Assembly: GCA_963762925.1 (NCBI GenBank)
Contig: CAVXMP010000007.1
Location: 83,992-147,991, forward strand
From: an uncultured Acidobacteriota bacterium
Lineage (GTDB): Bacteria; Acidobacteriota; Vicinamibacteria; Vicinamibacterales; UBA2999
Direction of reading: 5' to 3'
DNA: 64,000 nucleotides
In this document: positions 46,230-61,606 of the stretch, in pieces
Layout of the letters: each line of letters starts with the position of its first letter
Numbering within the stretch: position 1 is the stretch's first letter
Program-made: the position numbers and the translations under genes
Notes under the pieces: generated by a model
The model's database searches: none
What the model saw: the letters and a program-made list of their open reading frames with translations, nothing else
Told to the model about the DNA's origin: nothing

Positions 46230-47381
46230 ATGCCTGCCCTCGAAGGATTGAGAGTCATCGATCTGAGTCGCGTCCTCGCCGGGCCTTTCTGCGCCATGCT
46301 CCTCGGCGACATGGGGGCCGACGTCATCAAGATCGAAGAGCCGACCGAGGGCGACGACGCACGGATGTGGGGCCCGTTCGTCGGCTCCTGGAGTGCGTAT
46401 TTTCTCGGGGTGAACCGCAACAAACGCAGCGTCGCGCTCGATCTCAAGACTGCTGCGGGCCAGAGCCTGCTGCGCGAACTACTCGTCGGCGCCGACGTGT
46501 TCATCGAGAACATCAAGCCGGGAAGCCTCGACAAACTCGGGTTCGGCGTCGACGCGGTGCGTCGATTGAATCCACGCCTTGTGTACTGCTCGATCAGCGG
46601 CTACGGCCGCACCGGGCCGCGGCGCAACCTGACCGGCTACGACCCGGTGGTGCAGGCGGAGTCGGGGTTCATGGACATCACCGGCATGCCGGATGGACCG
46701 CCGGTGCGGACGGGCATAGCGATGACGGATTACCTCGCGGCGCTCTACGCCTTCTCGGGCATCATGGTCGCGCTACGGGAGCGTGATCGTAGCGGCCACG
46801 GTCAGCATGTCGACATTTCGCTGTTTGATTCAATTCTGTCGACGCTGTCGATGCCGGTTGGCATTTTCCAGGCAACCGGACGAAAGCCGGTGCGGTTGGG
46901 CAACGACCATTCCGCGATCGCGCCATACGAAGTACTCAACGCCGCCGATGGGATGGTGATGATCGCCGCGGCCAATGGGCGGCTGTGGACGCAGTTGTGC
47001 GCGGCCGTCGGTGTCTCGCACCTGACCGAGGATCCACGGTTCAAGACCAACACCGACCGCGTCGCCAATCGTGCCGCGCTCAAGCGAGAACTGGAGGCGG
47101 CCTTCGCGCCGTTTTCTGTCGATGCCCTCATTGAGCGGTTGCAGCGGCACGGCGTTGCTTGCGGACGCGTACGCACAGTTCCAGAGGCGCTCGACGATCC
47201 GCAGATCGAGCCGAGGCAGATGTTGATCCCGCTCGACGACCCGGAACTCGGCGGATTCAAGGTCATCGGCAACCCGATCAAGCTGTCAGACAGTCCACCC
47301 ACGCTGACTCGTCGTCCGCCGAAGCTTGGCGAACACACGGAAGAAGTTGTCGCCGAGATGCGCAATCGGACGGTCAGGTAG
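46230..47381 (+). CDS. CaiB/BaiF family (class III) CoA-transferase
   Basis: MPALEGLRVIDLSRVLAGPFCAMLLGDMGADVIKIE N-terminus and YCSISGYG. Start moved to ATG 46230. Confidence 0.88.
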   Translation: MPALEGLRVIDLSRVLAGPFCAMLLGDMGADVIKIEEPTEGDDARMWGPFVGSWSAYFLGVNRNKRSVALDLKTAAGQSLLRELLVGADVFIENIKPGSLDKLGFGVDAVRRLNPRLVYCSISGYGRTGPRRNLTGYDPVVQAESGFMDITGMPDGPPVRTGIAMTDYLAALYAFSGIMVALRERDRSGHGQHVDISLFDSILSTLSMPVGIFQATGRKPVRLGNDHSAIAPYEVLNAADGMVMIAAANGRLWTQLCAAVGVSHLTEDPRFKTNTDRVANRAALKRELEAAFAPFSVDALIERLQRHGVACGRVRTVPEALDDPQIEPRQMLIPLDDPELGGFKVIGNPIKLSDSPPTLTRRPPKLGEHTEEVVAEMRNRTVR

Positions 47382-47520
47382 GTCGGGTGGGTCTGGTGGG
47401 TCGGGTGGGTCTGGGTCGGTGGGTCGGGTGGGTCTGGTGGGGAATTACGCAGATTGAGTCTGTGTAATCCCCTACCCGACCCACCAGCCCCACCAGACCG
47501 ACCAGCCCAATCCGACCTGC
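47378..47520. repeat. hairpin element: G-rich ~18-nt tandem arm (GGGTCGGGTGGGTCTGGT), core GGGGAATTACGCAGATTGAG, C-rich complementary arm
   Basis: The left arm has ten GGG/GGGG tracts in about 70 nt. The right arm is CCCCTACCCGACCCACCAGCCCCACCAGACCGACC. It starts at the stop codon of the CoA-transferase gene. Confidence 0.85.
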
Positions 47521-47603
47521 TACACTAAAGGGTTGGTTCTATTGCCCAAAACCGTCTAGTACCGACTCGCTGGCCAGATGGCCCGCGCTACAAGGTCTTC
47601 TTC

Positions 47604-49201
<1,598 letters not shown>

Positions 49202-49202
<1 letters not shown>

Positions 49203-49312
49203 GGTCGCACGGTCGGTCTGGTAGGTCGGGTCGGTTATTACACCGATTCTGTTCAATCCGCGTAATTCCCCACCAGACCCACCAGACCTACCAGACCTAC
49301 CAGACCTCCGGG
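49202..49312. repeat. inverted copy of the 47378-47520 element
   Basis: The reverse complement reads ...GGTCTGGTGGGTCTGGTGGGGAATTACGCGGATTGAACAG...GGTGTAATAACCGACCCGACCTACCAGACCGACC. It lies between the convergent ABC-F and DinB stops. Confidence 0.85.
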
Positions 49313-49314
49313 CC

Positions 49315-49863
49315 CTATTGCGAAGGCGCCGACGACGGCGGCACGAGGCCGTTGATCCGCAGATACGTCACTAGATTGCCGTAGTGCTCGGTGTTGTGGT
49401 TGGTGTTGCTCATCAACCCTGCGGCACGGGCCTGCTTGCCTCCACCAAACGGGCCGTTGACGATTTCAACGGCTGACGCATCCGTCAACGCGGAATACGC
49501 CGCATCGCAGTAGGTCACAGAATCCTGCAACGCTTTGGCGATTGCCGCAGGCGCCGTCGCGGTCTTCTCGAAATGATCCTCCGCGAAGGGTGGCTTTTCA
49601 CCACGTGCCGCGGCACAAAACTCGTAATTGGCGCCGGCGACGTGCGCGACGATCTGCCCGTAGGTCCGAACAGTTTCCGCCGGCTTGAATCCGTACTTTG
49701 CGTCCGGCATCACCTTCGCGGCCCCCAGCATGTTGCGTTTGGCGCCGTTCCACACACTCCGCATCGCATCGCTGATGGGGTTGCCTGGTTTTTGTGGCGC
49801 CTGCGCGCCGATAGTCATCGAGAACGCAAAAACGACCAACATCGCCAGCTTCAGAACACGCAT
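49315..49863 (-). CDS. DinB-family protein with signal peptide
   Basis: Start set at ATG 49863 (GGAGG SD upstream). [22 protein letters not shown] signal, plus HVAGANYEF and [14 protein letters not shown] His motifs of the DinB/YfiT fold. Confidence 0.8.
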   Translation of the reverse strand: MRVLKLAMLVVFAFSMTIGAQAPQKPGNPISDAMRSVWNGAKRNMLGAAKVMPDAKYGFKPAETVRTYGQIVAHVAGANYEFCAAARGEKPPFAEDHFEKTATAPAAIAKALQDSVTYCDAAYSALTDASAVEIVNGPFGGGKQARAAGLMSNTNHNTEHYGNLVTYLRINGLVPPSSAPSQ

Positions 49864-49903
49864 GAGAAACCTCCGGTATGCGCAATATAATTCAACAATC
49901 GCC

Positions 49904-51172
49904 ATGAATCGAAGTGCCGTGATGCAGCGCACGCTCGCCGACATCGATCCTGAGATCGCCAACGCCATCAAACACGAAACCGAACGGCAGGCGTCGGGTC
50001 TCGAATTGATCGCCTCGGAAAACTTCGTCAGCTCGGCGATTCTCGAGGCCGCCGGCTCGGTGCTCACGAACAAGTACGCGGAGGGGTATCCAGGCAAGCG
50101 GTATTACGGCGGCTGCGAGTTCGTTGACGTCGCCGAATCACTCGCCATCAGCCGTGCGAAGTCGCTCTTCGGCGCCGAACATGCCAACGTGCAGCCCCAT
50201 TCCGGCGCCCAGGCCAACATGGCGGTCTACCTCACGCTGTTGAAGCCGGGCGACACGGTGCTGGGGATGAACCTCGCGCACGGCGGGCATCTGACGCACG
50301 GGCATCCACTGAACTTCTCCGGCAAGCTGTTTACGATCGTGCCGTACGGCGTTCGCCACGACGACGAGCGCATCGACTACGAGGAGCTTGCGCGTCTTGC
50401 CGACGAGCACAAGCCGAAGATGATCGTCGTCGGTGCCAGCGCGTATGCGCGGATCATCGAGTTCGAGAAGATCGCCGAGGTCGCCAAACGCGTCGGCGCA
50501 CCGATCATGGTTGACATGGCGCACATTGCCGGTCTGGTTGCCGCCGGTGTCCATCCCAGCCCCGTGCCGCACGCGGAGTTCGTGACCAGCACGACTCACA
50601 AAACGCTTCGCGGTCCCCGCGGCGGGCTGATCCTGTGCCGGCAAACGTTCGCCAAGGATCTCGATCGCACAGTGTTCCCCGGTGTGCAGGGCGGACCGCT
50701 GATGCACATCATCGCCGCCAAGGCGGTGTGCTTCAAAGAAGCCGCGACGGCGGAATTCGCGGCCTACCAGCGCCAGGTGGTCGCCAACGCGAAGCGTCTC
50801 GCCTCGAACCTTGCGACCGCGGGATTCCGCATCGTCAGCGGCGGCACCGACAATCACCTGATGCTCGTTGATGTGTTTTCGAAGGGGCTCACGGGTAAGG
50901 TCGCCGAAGCGGCGCTTGGGAAAGCGGCGATTACCGTCAACAAGAACGCGATTCCCTTCGACCAGAATCCGCCGATGGTGGCCAGCGGCATTCGGCTCGG
51001 GACGCCGGCTGTAACCACGCGCGGCATGGGCGAACGTGAAATGGATGTCATCGCCGAATATATCGCGCGCGTTCTCGCGTCGCCTCAAGACGACACCGCA
51101 ATAGCGGGTGTGAAGGTCGAAGTCGAGCAGTTGTGCCGGAAGTTCCCCCTCTACCCAGAACGCCTGTCTTAA
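49904..51172 (+). CDS. glyA: serine hydroxymethyltransferase
   Basis: [20 protein letters not shown], and [14 protein letters not shown] (PLP lysine). The start is ATG 49904 or 49922. Confidence 0.93.
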   Translation: MNRSAVMQRTLADIDPEIANAIKHETERQASGLELIASENFVSSAILEAAGSVLTNKYAEGYPGKRYYGGCEFVDVAESLAISRAKSLFGAEHANVQPHSGAQANMAVYLTLLKPGDTVLGMNLAHGGHLTHGHPLNFSGKLFTIVPYGVRHDDERIDYEELARLADEHKPKMIVVGASAYARIIEFEKIAEVAKRVGAPIMVDMAHIAGLVAAGVHPSPVPHAEFVTSTTHKTLRGPRGGLILCRQTFAKDLDRTVFPGVQGGPLMHIIAAKAVCFKEAATAEFAAYQRQVVANAKRLASNLATAGFRIVSGGTDNHLMLVDVFSKGLTGKVAEAALGKAAITVNKNAIPFDQNPPMVASGIRLGTPAVTTRGMGEREMDVIAEYIARVLASPQDDTAIAGVKVEVEQLCRKFPLYPERLS

Positions 51173-53115
51173 GAGACCACGTCGACGAGGCATTCGCGGA
51201 CGACGGTCCGCTCGCCTGCGCGATCGAGCATTACGAGCCGCGCGACGGACAACTCGAGATGGCGCGCGCCGTCGCTGACGTCCTGGCCGACGGAGGTGTG
51301 CTCCTTGCAGAAGCAGGCACGGGCACCGGCAAAACGATGGCGTATCTGGTGCCGGCCATCCTCAGCCGCCAACGGGTGCTCGTCTCGACCGGCACGAAAA
51401 ATCTGCAGGAACAGATCTACTTCAAGGATCTTCCAGCGCTGCGGAAGGCGCTTCCGGTCAAATTCACCGCCACCTACATGAAAGGCCGCGCAAATTATCT
51501 CTGCCTGCATCGTTTCGATCAATTTCAGGCAGGCAGCCCGGTTGCCACGGCAACGATCGCGGCCTGGGCACGCTCGACGGAGACGGGCGATCGCGCCGAG
51601 CTCGACGATCTACCTGAAGATAGCGGCCTGTGGGGTGAGATCTCGGCAACCGCCGACACCTGCCTCGGAAGTGAGTGCCCGCAGTATCAGCAATGCTTCG
51701 TGACGCGCATGCGCCAGCGCGCGGCCGAATCCGACGTCGTCATTGTCAATCACCATCTCCTCTGTGCGGACGCCGCGGTGCGCCAGAGCTCGTATGGGGA
51801 AGTGATTCCCGATTGTCGGCATCTGGTGCTCGACGAAGCGCATCAGCTCGAAGACATCGCCACGCAGTACTTCGGATTGGCCGTCAGCAACTATCGTCTC
51901 GACGACCTCGTACGCGACAGTGATCGCCTCCTCGTCAGCGGCGCGATCGCGGACGATGACGGCGATGGCAGGCGCGCCATCGCCCGCGTCTCCGATCACA
52001 GCCGCGCCTTCTTCGGTGGCGTCGCGATGGCACGTCGGACGCGCGGATACGCCGGTGAGGAACGATTACGGATTGGGCCCGACTGGTTCGGCGACATCGT
52101 CGATCATGGCCTGGCGCTCGTTCGCGCCCTCGACGGTCTCGAGGCGGTGATGGCACTCGCCGGCGGCAAGTCCGGATCACCCGGTGCAGGACGTGAGAGC
52201 AATGAGGACGCGCTCACGATGGCACGGCGGGCAAGCGAGCTCCGCGACAATCTGCGTTTCATGCTCGCGGCGTCGGATGCGGCCTACGTCTACTTCGTCG
52301 AGCTGCGCGGCCGCGGCGTGTTTCTTCGCGCCGCCCCAATCGACGTCTCGTCGCTCGTCAAGGAGCTGGTCTTCGATCGCATGCGCGCGACGGTGCTGAC
52401 GTCGGCAACGCTGACCGTCGACGGATCGTTCGAATACGCGCGGACGCGTCTGGGCATCAAAAACGCCGCTGAAGTCCGCGTGCCGTCCGAGTTCGATTTC
52501 AAATCGCAGACCCTGTTGTACTTGCCACGACGCATGCCGCCGCCGAGGTCGCCGGACTTCGCCCAGGCGGCGGCGCACGAAATCACCGCGATCCTCACCC
52601 GCACACGCGGCCGTGCCTTCGTACTGTTCACCAGTTACGCGACGATGCACGCGGTCTACGAGATGGTCCTGGCGACGCTCCCGTTTCCCTTGCTGGTGCA
52701 AGGCACAGCCCCGCGAAGCGCGCTGCTCGGTCAGTTTCGGGCGACCCCGCACGCCGTTCTGTTTGCGACCTCCTCGTTCTGGCAAGGTGTCGACGTCGCC
52801 GGGGAGCAGCTGAGCTGTGTGATCATCGATAAATTGCCGTTCGCCTCGCCTGGCGATCCGATTACGGCCGCACGCATCGAAAATGTCACCGCGCTTGGCG
52901 GCGAGGCCTTCAACGACTACCAAGTGCCGCTGGCGATCCTGGCCCTGCTCCAAGGGCTCGGACGTCTGATCCGCCATCGCACCGATCGTGGCGTGCTCGC
53001 GGTGCTCGATCCGCGCTTGCGGACAATGGGCTACGGCCGGCGGTTTCTCGAGTCGTTGCCACCCGCCCCGATCGCGCAGGATCTTGGCGCAATCGAGCGA
53101 TTTTTCGCTGGATGA
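51133..53115 (+). CDS. dinG: DinG/XPD-type ATP-dependent DNA helicase with Fe-S domain
   Basis: EAGTGTGKT Walker [11 protein letters not shown] (DEAH), and four Cys ([19 protein letters not shown]). GTG 51133 is the only in-frame start, overlapping the glyA end by 40 nt. Confidence 0.82.
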   Translation: MPEVPPLPRTPVLRDHVDEAFADDGPLACAIEHYEPRDGQLEMARAVADVLADGGVLLAEAGTGTGKTMAYLVPAILSRQRVLVSTGTKNLQEQIYFKDLPALRKALPVKFTATYMKGRANYLCLHRFDQFQAGSPVATATIAAWARSTETGDRAELDDLPEDSGLWGEISATADTCLGSECPQYQQCFVTRMRQRAAESDVVIVNHHLLCADAAVRQSSYGEVIPDCRHLVLDEAHQLEDIATQYFGLAVSNYRLDDLVRDSDRLLVSGAIADDDGDGRRAIARVSDHSRAFFGGVAMARRTRGYAGEERLRIGPDWFGDIVDHGLALVRALDGLEAVMALAGGKSGSPGAGRESNEDALTMARRASELRDNLRFMLAASDAAYVYFVELRGRGVFLRAAPIDVSSLVKELVFDRMRATVLTSATLTVDGSFEYARTRLGIKNAAEVRVPSEFDFKSQTLLYLPRRMPPPRSPDFAQAAAHEITAILTRTRGRAFVLFTSYATMHAVYEMVLATLPFPLLVQGTAPRSALLGQFRATPHAVLFATSSFWQGVDVAGEQLSCVIIDKLPFASPGDPITAARIENVTALGGEAFNDYQVPLAILALLQGLGRLIRHRTDRGVLAVLDPRLRTMGYGRRFLESLPPAPIAQDLGAIERFFAG

Positions 53116-53141
53116 TTTACACTGGAAGGGCAGGAGTTTGC

Positions 53142-54077
53142 ATGATGTTCAGAACGTTGCGTGCTTCGGTTCTGACCGCCCTCTTCGCGGTCGTCTTTAC
53201 GTCCGCCGCCCTCGCCCAAACGGGAATGATCAAGGGCAAAGTGGTCGACGCTCAGGGCAAACCTGTCGTCGGCGCCAAGATCACGATTGAATTCGCCGGT
53301 GGCATCAACCGCAAAATGGACTCGAAGACCGACAAGAAGGGCGAGTTCATTCAGATCGGTCTGCAGTCAGGCGCCTACAAGGTCACCGCCACCGACGACA
53401 AGCTCGGGAGCCAGACGTTCCCAGCCCAGGTCCGCGTCGGCCAGACCCAGGAAGTGAATTTCGTCCTCGCGCCCGGCGCCGGCGGCCCCGGCGACAACCC
53501 AAAAGCCGTCGAGTTGAAGAAGCTCTTCGAAGAAGGGGTCGCCGCGAGCCGCGCGAGCAACCATGACCTGGCGATTGAAAAGTTCAACGCCGCCGCGCTG
53601 ATCGTTCCCAATTGCCACGACTGCTACTACAACATCGGTTACGCGTATCTGCAGAAGAAAGACGAGAAGCAGGCCGAGGCCTCGTGGCTCAAAGCGCTGG
53701 AGGTCAAGCCGGATTACACCGAGGCATTGAACGGCCTGTCAACGCTCTACAACAACCAGAAGCGGTTTGACGAAGCCACAGCGATGAGCACGAAGGCCGC
53801 CGCTGCCGGCGGCGCCGGCGGGAGCGCGGACGCGGTCTACAACCAGGGCATCATCCTCTGGAACCAAGGCAAGATCGCCGAAGCCAAAGTGAAGTTCGAA
53901 GAGGCGCTCGCGGCCAATCCCAATCACCCCGAGTCAAACTTCCAGTTTGGCATGGCGCTGCTGAACGAAGGGAAAGTGCCTGAGGCGATCGCGGCTTTCG
54001 AGAAATATCTCACGCTTGCACCCACGGGTCAGTTTGCTGATCAAGCCAAAGGGATGCTCGCGCAGCTGAAGAAGTAG
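53142..54077 (+). CDS. secreted CarboxypepD_reg-like domain + TPR-repeat protein
   Basis: Signal MMFRTLRASVLTALFAVVFTSAALAQ, GMIKGKVVDAQGKPVVGAKITIE (Cna-B/carboxypeptidase-regulatory fold), then 4-5 TPR units. Confidence 0.75.
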   Translation: MMFRTLRASVLTALFAVVFTSAALAQTGMIKGKVVDAQGKPVVGAKITIEFAGGINRKMDSKTDKKGEFIQIGLQSGAYKVTATDDKLGSQTFPAQVRVGQTQEVNFVLAPGAGGPGDNPKAVELKKLFEEGVAASRASNHDLAIEKFNAAALIVPNCHDCYYNIGYAYLQKKDEKQAEASWLKALEVKPDYTEALNGLSTLYNNQKRFDEATAMSTKAAAAGGAGGSADAVYNQGIILWNQGKIAEAKVKFEEALAANPNHPESNFQFGMALLNEGKVPEAIAAFEKYLTLAPTGQFADQAKGMLAQLKK

Positions 54078-54107
54078 TCGCTGCCCTTTTCCAGCATTCC
54101 CCATCGG

Positions 54108-54782
<675 letters not shown>

Positions 54783-54786
<4 letters not shown>

Positions 54787-55322
54787 AAGTCACACCTCTC
54801 GACCTCCGACAGCAGCGGTTCGGGACCGTCATGCGTGGCTACGACCGCGGCGAAGTCAACGCGTTTCTTGCCGAGGCCGCGGAAGACTACGAGGGTGCTG
54901 TCCGTGAGAACGATCGCCTGCGCCAGGAGCTCACCAAAGTCGAAGCCGTCCTCAAGGAGCATCGCGGCCAGGAGATCAACCTGCGCAACACCCTGATGAC
55001 CGCGCAAAAGCTCGCCGACGATATCCGCGAGGGCGCCGGTCAGGACGCCGCACGCATTCTGCGCGAAGCCGAGAGCCGGTCGGATCTGCTGCTCAACAAG
55101 TCACAGGCGCGGCTCGAGGACGTGCAGCGCGAGATCGACGGGCTGCGCATGAAACGCCGGGAAGTGGAGACGAGCCTCGAAGGCATCATCTCGATCATCA
55201 ACAACACGATCTTGTTCGTGCGCGAACAGGACGCGGCGCATCGAGACGAAAAGATCCTCGCTTCACCGGCCGCGACAGGCGGACGCACCTGCCGCTGTCC
55301 CGCACACCATCGCGCAGCCTGA
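54783..55322 (+). CDS. DivIVA domain-containing protein
   Basis: [29 protein letters not shown] plus a coiled coil. The ATG overlaps the yggS stop (ATGA). Confidence 0.85.
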
Positions 55323-55337
55323 GGCACGGTCACAAGG

Positions 55338-55706
55338 ATGAAAACCTTTATCCAATTGGTGATCGCCGGGCTCATCATCAACGCCTCGTTTCAGGCGGCG
55401 AATTCGTACTGGAATTTCTACAGGCTGGAAGAGGAAGTCCGCGAGGAAATTCTGCACGGACGCCAGAGCAAGTTTTCCGAGCTCCATATGCGGGTGACGG
55501 AGCTCGCCGCGGAGCGCGGCATCACCGTGGAGTACGCAGACGTCGAGGTGAGTCATCGACACGCGCCGCAAGACATCGACGTGAGCTTCAGCTACATCGA
55601 CAACATCGCCTTTATTCCGCGTTTCTATATTCGCCCGTGGGCGTATGAAACAAGCGTCGGCACCCACCGTCTTCGGGCGCTGATCGTCGACGAGCGACCG
55701 CGTTAA
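55338..55706 (+). CDS. hypothetical membrane-anchored protein
   Basis: 122 aa. N-terminal TM MKTFIQLVIAGLIINASFQAA. No family recognised. Confidence 0.5.
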   Translation: MKTFIQLVIAGLIINASFQAANSYWNFYRLEEEVREEILHGRQSKFSELHMRVTELAAERGITVEYADVEVSHRHAPQDIDVSFSYIDNIAFIPRFYIRPWAYETSVGTHRLRALIVDERPR

Positions 55707-56333
55707 TCATCCCGTCTCGAGTGCAGCATTCGCCGCAGCGGCGTCTTCGCTGCTTTGTTTCTGGAGCGCATCGACATCTGCTGACGCAGAGGCCTTGAAC
55801 GCTTCATCCAGCAAACTGCCAACATTAATCCGCACATTTGCGGCGGCGCCTTTGGCGGCGGCCTCGAGCAGCCCAATGCCGACGCCCACATCGCTCGTCG
55901 CAGAGCGGTTCCCATGCTGCGCGACAACGCGGCCGAGACGCAGAGCCTCAGCGGCAGCGCGCAGCGTGTCGAGCGGCGCGATCGTCGCGGCCTTGAGCGC
56001 CTGCTGGATGGCGTCCTTCCTGGCACTCTTTTCCTGATCGGTGCCTTTTGGCAGACGATACGCGGCCATGACCTGGTTAAAGGCGTCCGCGTCTGCATCC
56101 CCGAGCCCTGCCAAGCGGTCGCGGAGGCCTGCGAGCGCCGCCCGCGCTTCGGACAGGGCAACGCGCTCGGCCTCTGCACTGCCGCGCGATTTCGCAAGGC
56201 CGCTCACCATCATCAACAATGAGACGCCCATCGCCCCCGCTATCGCTGAGGCCGTCCCCCCGCCCGGCGTCGGTTCCGGGCTCGCCAGCGCATCGAGGAA
56301 CCCCGACAACGGCTGGTCGACAAATTTAGACAT
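55707..56333 (-). CDS. cyclodeaminase/cyclohydrolase family protein (formimidoyl-THF cyclodeaminase-like)
   Basis: MSKFVDQPLSGFLDALASPEPTPGGGTASAIAGAMGVSLLMMV is typical of the FTCD C-domain. The start at 56333 overlaps the hutI stop by 8 nt. Confidence 0.82.
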   Translation of the reverse strand: MSKFVDQPLSGFLDALASPEPTPGGGTASAIAGAMGVSLLMMVSGLAKSRGSAEAERVALSEARAALAGLRDRLAGLGDADADAFNQVMAAYRLPKGTDQEKSARKDAIQQALKAATIAPLDTLRAAAEALRLGRVVAQHGNRSATSDVGVGIGLLEAAAKGAAANVRINVGSLLDEAFKASASADVDALQKQSSEDAAAANAALETG

Positions 56334-57573
56334 GTGTGATTCGACCCTTCTTGACGACATGGCGAATGACCGGCGCGCCAACGCGAACCACGTCGGCCAG
56401 GGTACCGTCGATGACCACGGCATCCATTTGCTTGCCTGATTCCAGACTCCCGATGCGATCGGCGCGGTCGAGTGACGCCGCGGCGTTGATCGTGGCGCCG
56501 ACCAGGGCTTCCTCGAGCGTCATGCCCATACCGAAACAGGCGAGCGTCATCACAAACGGCATGGAGGGACTGAACCCGCCGCCCGGGTTGACATCGGTGG
56601 CGAGTGCCACTGCCACGTCGTGTTCGATGAGCATGCGCGCAGGCGCGAACCGTCCAAGTTTGAGATAGAACGCGGCGGCCGGCAGCAGCGTCGCGACGAC
56701 GCCTGCGGCCGCCATCGCACGTGCGCCCGCGTCGTCCACAAAGATCAGGTGATCGGCCGAGTGAGCCCTCATCTCGGCCGCCAGCGCGGCGCCGCCACTC
56801 AGCGCCAGTTCGTCCGCATGCACGCGCAACTTGAAGCCGAGGCGCTTCGCGGCGCGGAAGATCGATCGCGTTTCATCGGGTGTGAAAACGCCGGATTCGC
56901 AGAACACATCACACCACTCGGCTAGTTGCTCGTGCCGGACCGCGGGCAGCATCTCCTCGATGACGAGCGCGACGTACTCCGGGCGCCGGTGCCGGTACTC
57001 GACCGGGACCTCGTGCGCACCCATGAACGTGGCGGCAAGCTCGATCGGCTGCCGCGTCGTGAGCATGCGAAGGGCACGCAGCATGCGCAGCTCGGAAGCG
57101 GTCTCCAGACCGTAACCGCTTTTCACTTCGGCGGTGGTGGTTCCGCACGCCAGCATGGCGGCCAGCCGCGGCAACGCGCCCTCCACGAGCGCCTGTTCGG
57201 TGGCCGTTCGCGTGGCGGCAACGGTTGCGACAATCCCACCGCCGCGTGCCGCGATGGAAGCGTAGGTCGCTCCGGAGAGGCGCTGCATCAGCTCGTCGCG
57301 GCGATCGCCGGCAAAGATGAGATGGGTATGGGGATCGACAAACCCGGGGACCACCGTGGCACCTCGTGCGTCAATGACGGTGGCGTCCGGCACGAGCGCG
57401 ACGTTGGCGCGGCACTGTTCCGCTGCAGCCACACAGACGATGCGCCCCTGCCAGGATGCAATCGACGCACGGGCAACAGGCGTGGCGTCACGCTGATTGG
57501 GGCCGCGGCGCGGCGCCGGCCCGGCGCAGGTGTAGATCACATCTGCGTTTTCGATAATCAGATCGGCGTTCAT
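56326..57573 (-). CDS. hutI: imidazolonepropionase
   Basis: 415 aa amidohydrolase. DPHTHLIFAG, RVHADELA and ADHLIF blocks of HutI. Confidence 0.88.
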   Translation of the reverse strand: MNADLIIENADVIYTCAGPAPRRGPNQRDATPVARASIASWQGRIVCVAAAEQCRANVALVPDATVIDARGATVVPGFVDPHTHLIFAGDRRDELMQRLSGATYASIAARGGGIVATVAATRTATEQALVEGALPRLAAMLACGTTTAEVKSGYGLETASELRMLRALRMLTTRQPIELAATFMGAHEVPVEYRHRRPEYVALVIEEMLPAVRHEQLAEWCDVFCESGVFTPDETRSIFRAAKRLGFKLRVHADELALSGGAALAAEMRAHSADHLIFVDDAGARAMAAAGVVATLLPAAAFYLKLGRFAPARMLIEHDVAVALATDVNPGGGFSPSMPFVMTLACFGMGMTLEEALVGATINAAASLDRADRIGSLESGKQMDAVVIDGTLADVVRVGAPVIRHVVKKGRITHV

Positions 57574-57881
57574 CGTCGCGGACGCGTCGTGCGAGCGTTG
57601 TCGAGCGATGAGCTGGCGCGCAGGGCGTGTTGCACAGTCTCAGCCGTGACGCCGCTGATTTTCACACGCTTTCGCCGGCTCCTGTCACCCGACACGATGA
57701 CGATATTGCGCTTGGGGATGCGGAGCAATTCGGCAAGAAACGCCACGAGCGCCAGGTTGGCTGCGCCGTCGACCGGCGCGGCCGCCAATCGAATGAGGAT
57801 CGCTCCGTCGCGAGTCCCTGCGACGGCCGTCGCGCCGGCCCGCGGGATGAGCCTGATATCAACGACGACTTCATCACTCAC
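57570..57881 (-). CDS. yggU: DUF167 (YggU) family protein
   Basis: The last 103 codons of track ORF 57570..58580, from GTG 57881: VSDEVVVDIRLIPRAGATAVAGTRDGAILIRLAAAPVDGAANLALVAFLAELL. 4-nt overlap with the hutI start. Confidence 0.8.
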   Translation of the reverse strand: MSDEVVVDIRLIPRAGATAVAGTRDGAILIRLAAAPVDGAANLALVAFLAELLRIPKRNIVIVSGDRSRRKRVKISGVTAETVQHALRASSSLDNARTTRPRR

Positions 57882-57886
57882 CGATC

Positions 57887-58569
57887 TCAATGAATCTGAT
57901 GCAGGAGCCGGCTCCAGCGGGTGGAGGTGACGACGCTGGCCAGCGACGAAATCACGCCGCCGAGCCCCTCTTGCGGCTGTCCAACCGGTGCATCGAACGA
58001 CCAGTAGATCATCAGAGCACGGCCTTTGACGTAATGTGCCGGGAGAAAGCCCCAGTAGCGACTGTCCTGCGAGTTGTCGCGGTTGTCGCCCATCATGAAG
58101 TAGTGGTCTGCGGGGACCGTGACCGGGCCGTAGCGCTCGCGCACATCGAACACCGTCGATTCGTCGCCTTCGCCCTGAGGGAACAGGTAGTGCGCGTAGG
58201 GCTCGTCGACCTTTGCGCCGTTGATGAACACCTGCCGCTGTTTGAGCTCGATGGTGTCGCCGGGCAGGCCCACCACACGCTTGATGAAATCGCGTTCTGG
58301 CTCTTCGGGAAACTTGAACACGGCGATGTCGCCGCGCTGCAACGGCCGCATCGGCAGGAGCAGCCGCTCGACGGTCGAGGCGGTCGGCGCAAAGATGAAC
58401 TTGTTGACGAGCAGGTGGTCGCCCACGAGCAGATTGGGCTCCATCGAACCGGTTGGGATCTTGAACGCTTGCACGACAAACGTGCGGATGAACAGCGCGA
58501 GAATCACGGCGACGACAATCGATTCGAAGTACTCGCGCACCGTCGATTTGTGAAAGGTCGCTTCGGCCA

Positions 58570-58570
<1 letters not shown>
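57887..58570 (-). CDS. lepB: signal peptidase I
   Basis: 227 aa. IPTGSMEPNLLVGDHLLVNKF (Ser box) and MMGDNRDNSQDSRYWGF (box E). Confidence 0.93.
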
Positions 58571-60372
<1,802 letters not shown>

Positions 60373-60394
60373 GCTGGTTCCTTTATTATGCCGT

Positions 60395-61582
60395 ATGCGT
60401 CTGGTCGTGATGCGTGCCGGCCTCCTCGTTCTCACCGCCTTGCTGCTCCTGCAACCGGGGCAGGCGCAGGAGCGGCCGAACGCGTTCATTGCGTCGATTG
60501 AAGGCGTTCAGAGCGGACGCGACAGCGCGCTCGCTCGGCTGACGCTCCTCGATGCCATGAAGAGCATCGGCGTGCCGGGCATGAGCATCGCCGTCATCAG
60601 AGACTTCGAGATCGAGTGGTCGCGAGGTTACGGGATTGCCGATGTCAGCAGCGGCGCGATGGTCGCGGCGGACACGTTGTTCCAGGCCGCGTCGATCAGC
60701 AAACCTGTTACCGCGATGGCCGTACTCAGGGCCGTGCAGGACGGTCACTTTGGCCTCGAGCAGGACGTCAACCAGTTCCTCACGTCCTGGAAGGTGCCCG
60801 CGAGCGAGGCGACAAAGCGACAGCCTGTAACGCTGCGCGGGCTCCTCAGCCACACATCGGGAACCGACGACGGCTTCGGATTCCCAGGCTATGAGCCGAA
60901 CGCACCGCGGCCGACAATCGTGCAGATTCTCAACGGCGAGAAACCGTCGAACGTCGGTCCCGTGCTCGTCACCCGGACGCCACTCACGTCCTTCAAGTAC
61001 TCGGGGGGCGGGGTCACACTCGTTCAGCTCTTGCTTACCGATGTGTTCAAGCGTCCGTTTCCTGACCTGATGCGAGACGCCGTGTTGACCCCTTTAGGGA
61101 TGAGCAGCAGCGCATACGAGCAGCCGTTATCACCAGCGCGCGACAAGCACGCGGCGCGCGGACACGGTCGCGACGGCAGTGCACGGGAGGTCAAATGGCA
61201 CGTGTACCCGGAGCTCGCCGCCGCGGGTCTGTGGACGACGGCGCCCGATCTGGCGCGCTTTGGCCTTGAACTTCAGCAGTCGCTGCTGGGTCGTTCGAAT
61301 CGGGTGCTCACGCGCGCGACGGCAATGGAGATGGCGACGCCGGTTGGCGTGGGACCGTTCGCGATCGGCATGCAGATCGCCAAGTCGGGTGAGGGATGGT
61401 ATCTGCAGCATGGCGGCTCCAACTGGGGCTTCCAGTGCACGTTGACGATTCACAAGCTCAAAGGGTACGGCTTTGCCGCGATGACCAACAGCGATTCGGG
61501 CGGGCGGTTGCTGGCGGAGCTGACAGAACGGGTGGCGGCTGCCTACAAGTGGGACACGATCGATAAGCCGTTGCCCCGATAG
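60395..61582 (+). CDS. serine hydrolase (class C beta-lactamase / PBP4*-like family)
   Basis: Signal peptide, [12 protein letters not shown] (SxxK), and a later HGG/HTSG-type block. Confidence 0.85.
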   Translation: MRLVVMRAGLLVLTALLLLQPGQAQERPNAFIASIEGVQSGRDSALARLTLLDAMKSIGVPGMSIAVIRDFEIEWSRGYGIADVSSGAMVAADTLFQAASISKPVTAMAVLRAVQDGHFGLEQDVNQFLTSWKVPASEATKRQPVTLRGLLSHTSGTDDGFGFPGYEPNAPRPTIVQILNGEKPSNVGPVLVTRTPLTSFKYSGGGVTLVQLLLTDVFKRPFPDLMRDAVLTPLGMSSSAYEQPLSPARDKHAARGHGRDGSAREVKWHVYPELAAAGLWTTAPDLARFGLELQQSLLGRSNRVLTRATAMEMATPVGVGPFAIGMQIAKSGEGWYLQHGGSNWGFQCTLTIHKLKGYGFAAMTNSDSGGRLLAELTERVAAAYKWDTIDKPLPR

Positions 61583-61606
61583 CGAACCGTCGCCGATGCG
61601 GTTTGG

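Noticed and set aside
49864-49903. ZTP/THF/glycine-type riboswitch upstream of glyA
   Set aside because: The divergent spacer between DinB and glyA is only about 40 nt, too short for any of these aptamers, and no conserved motif is visible.
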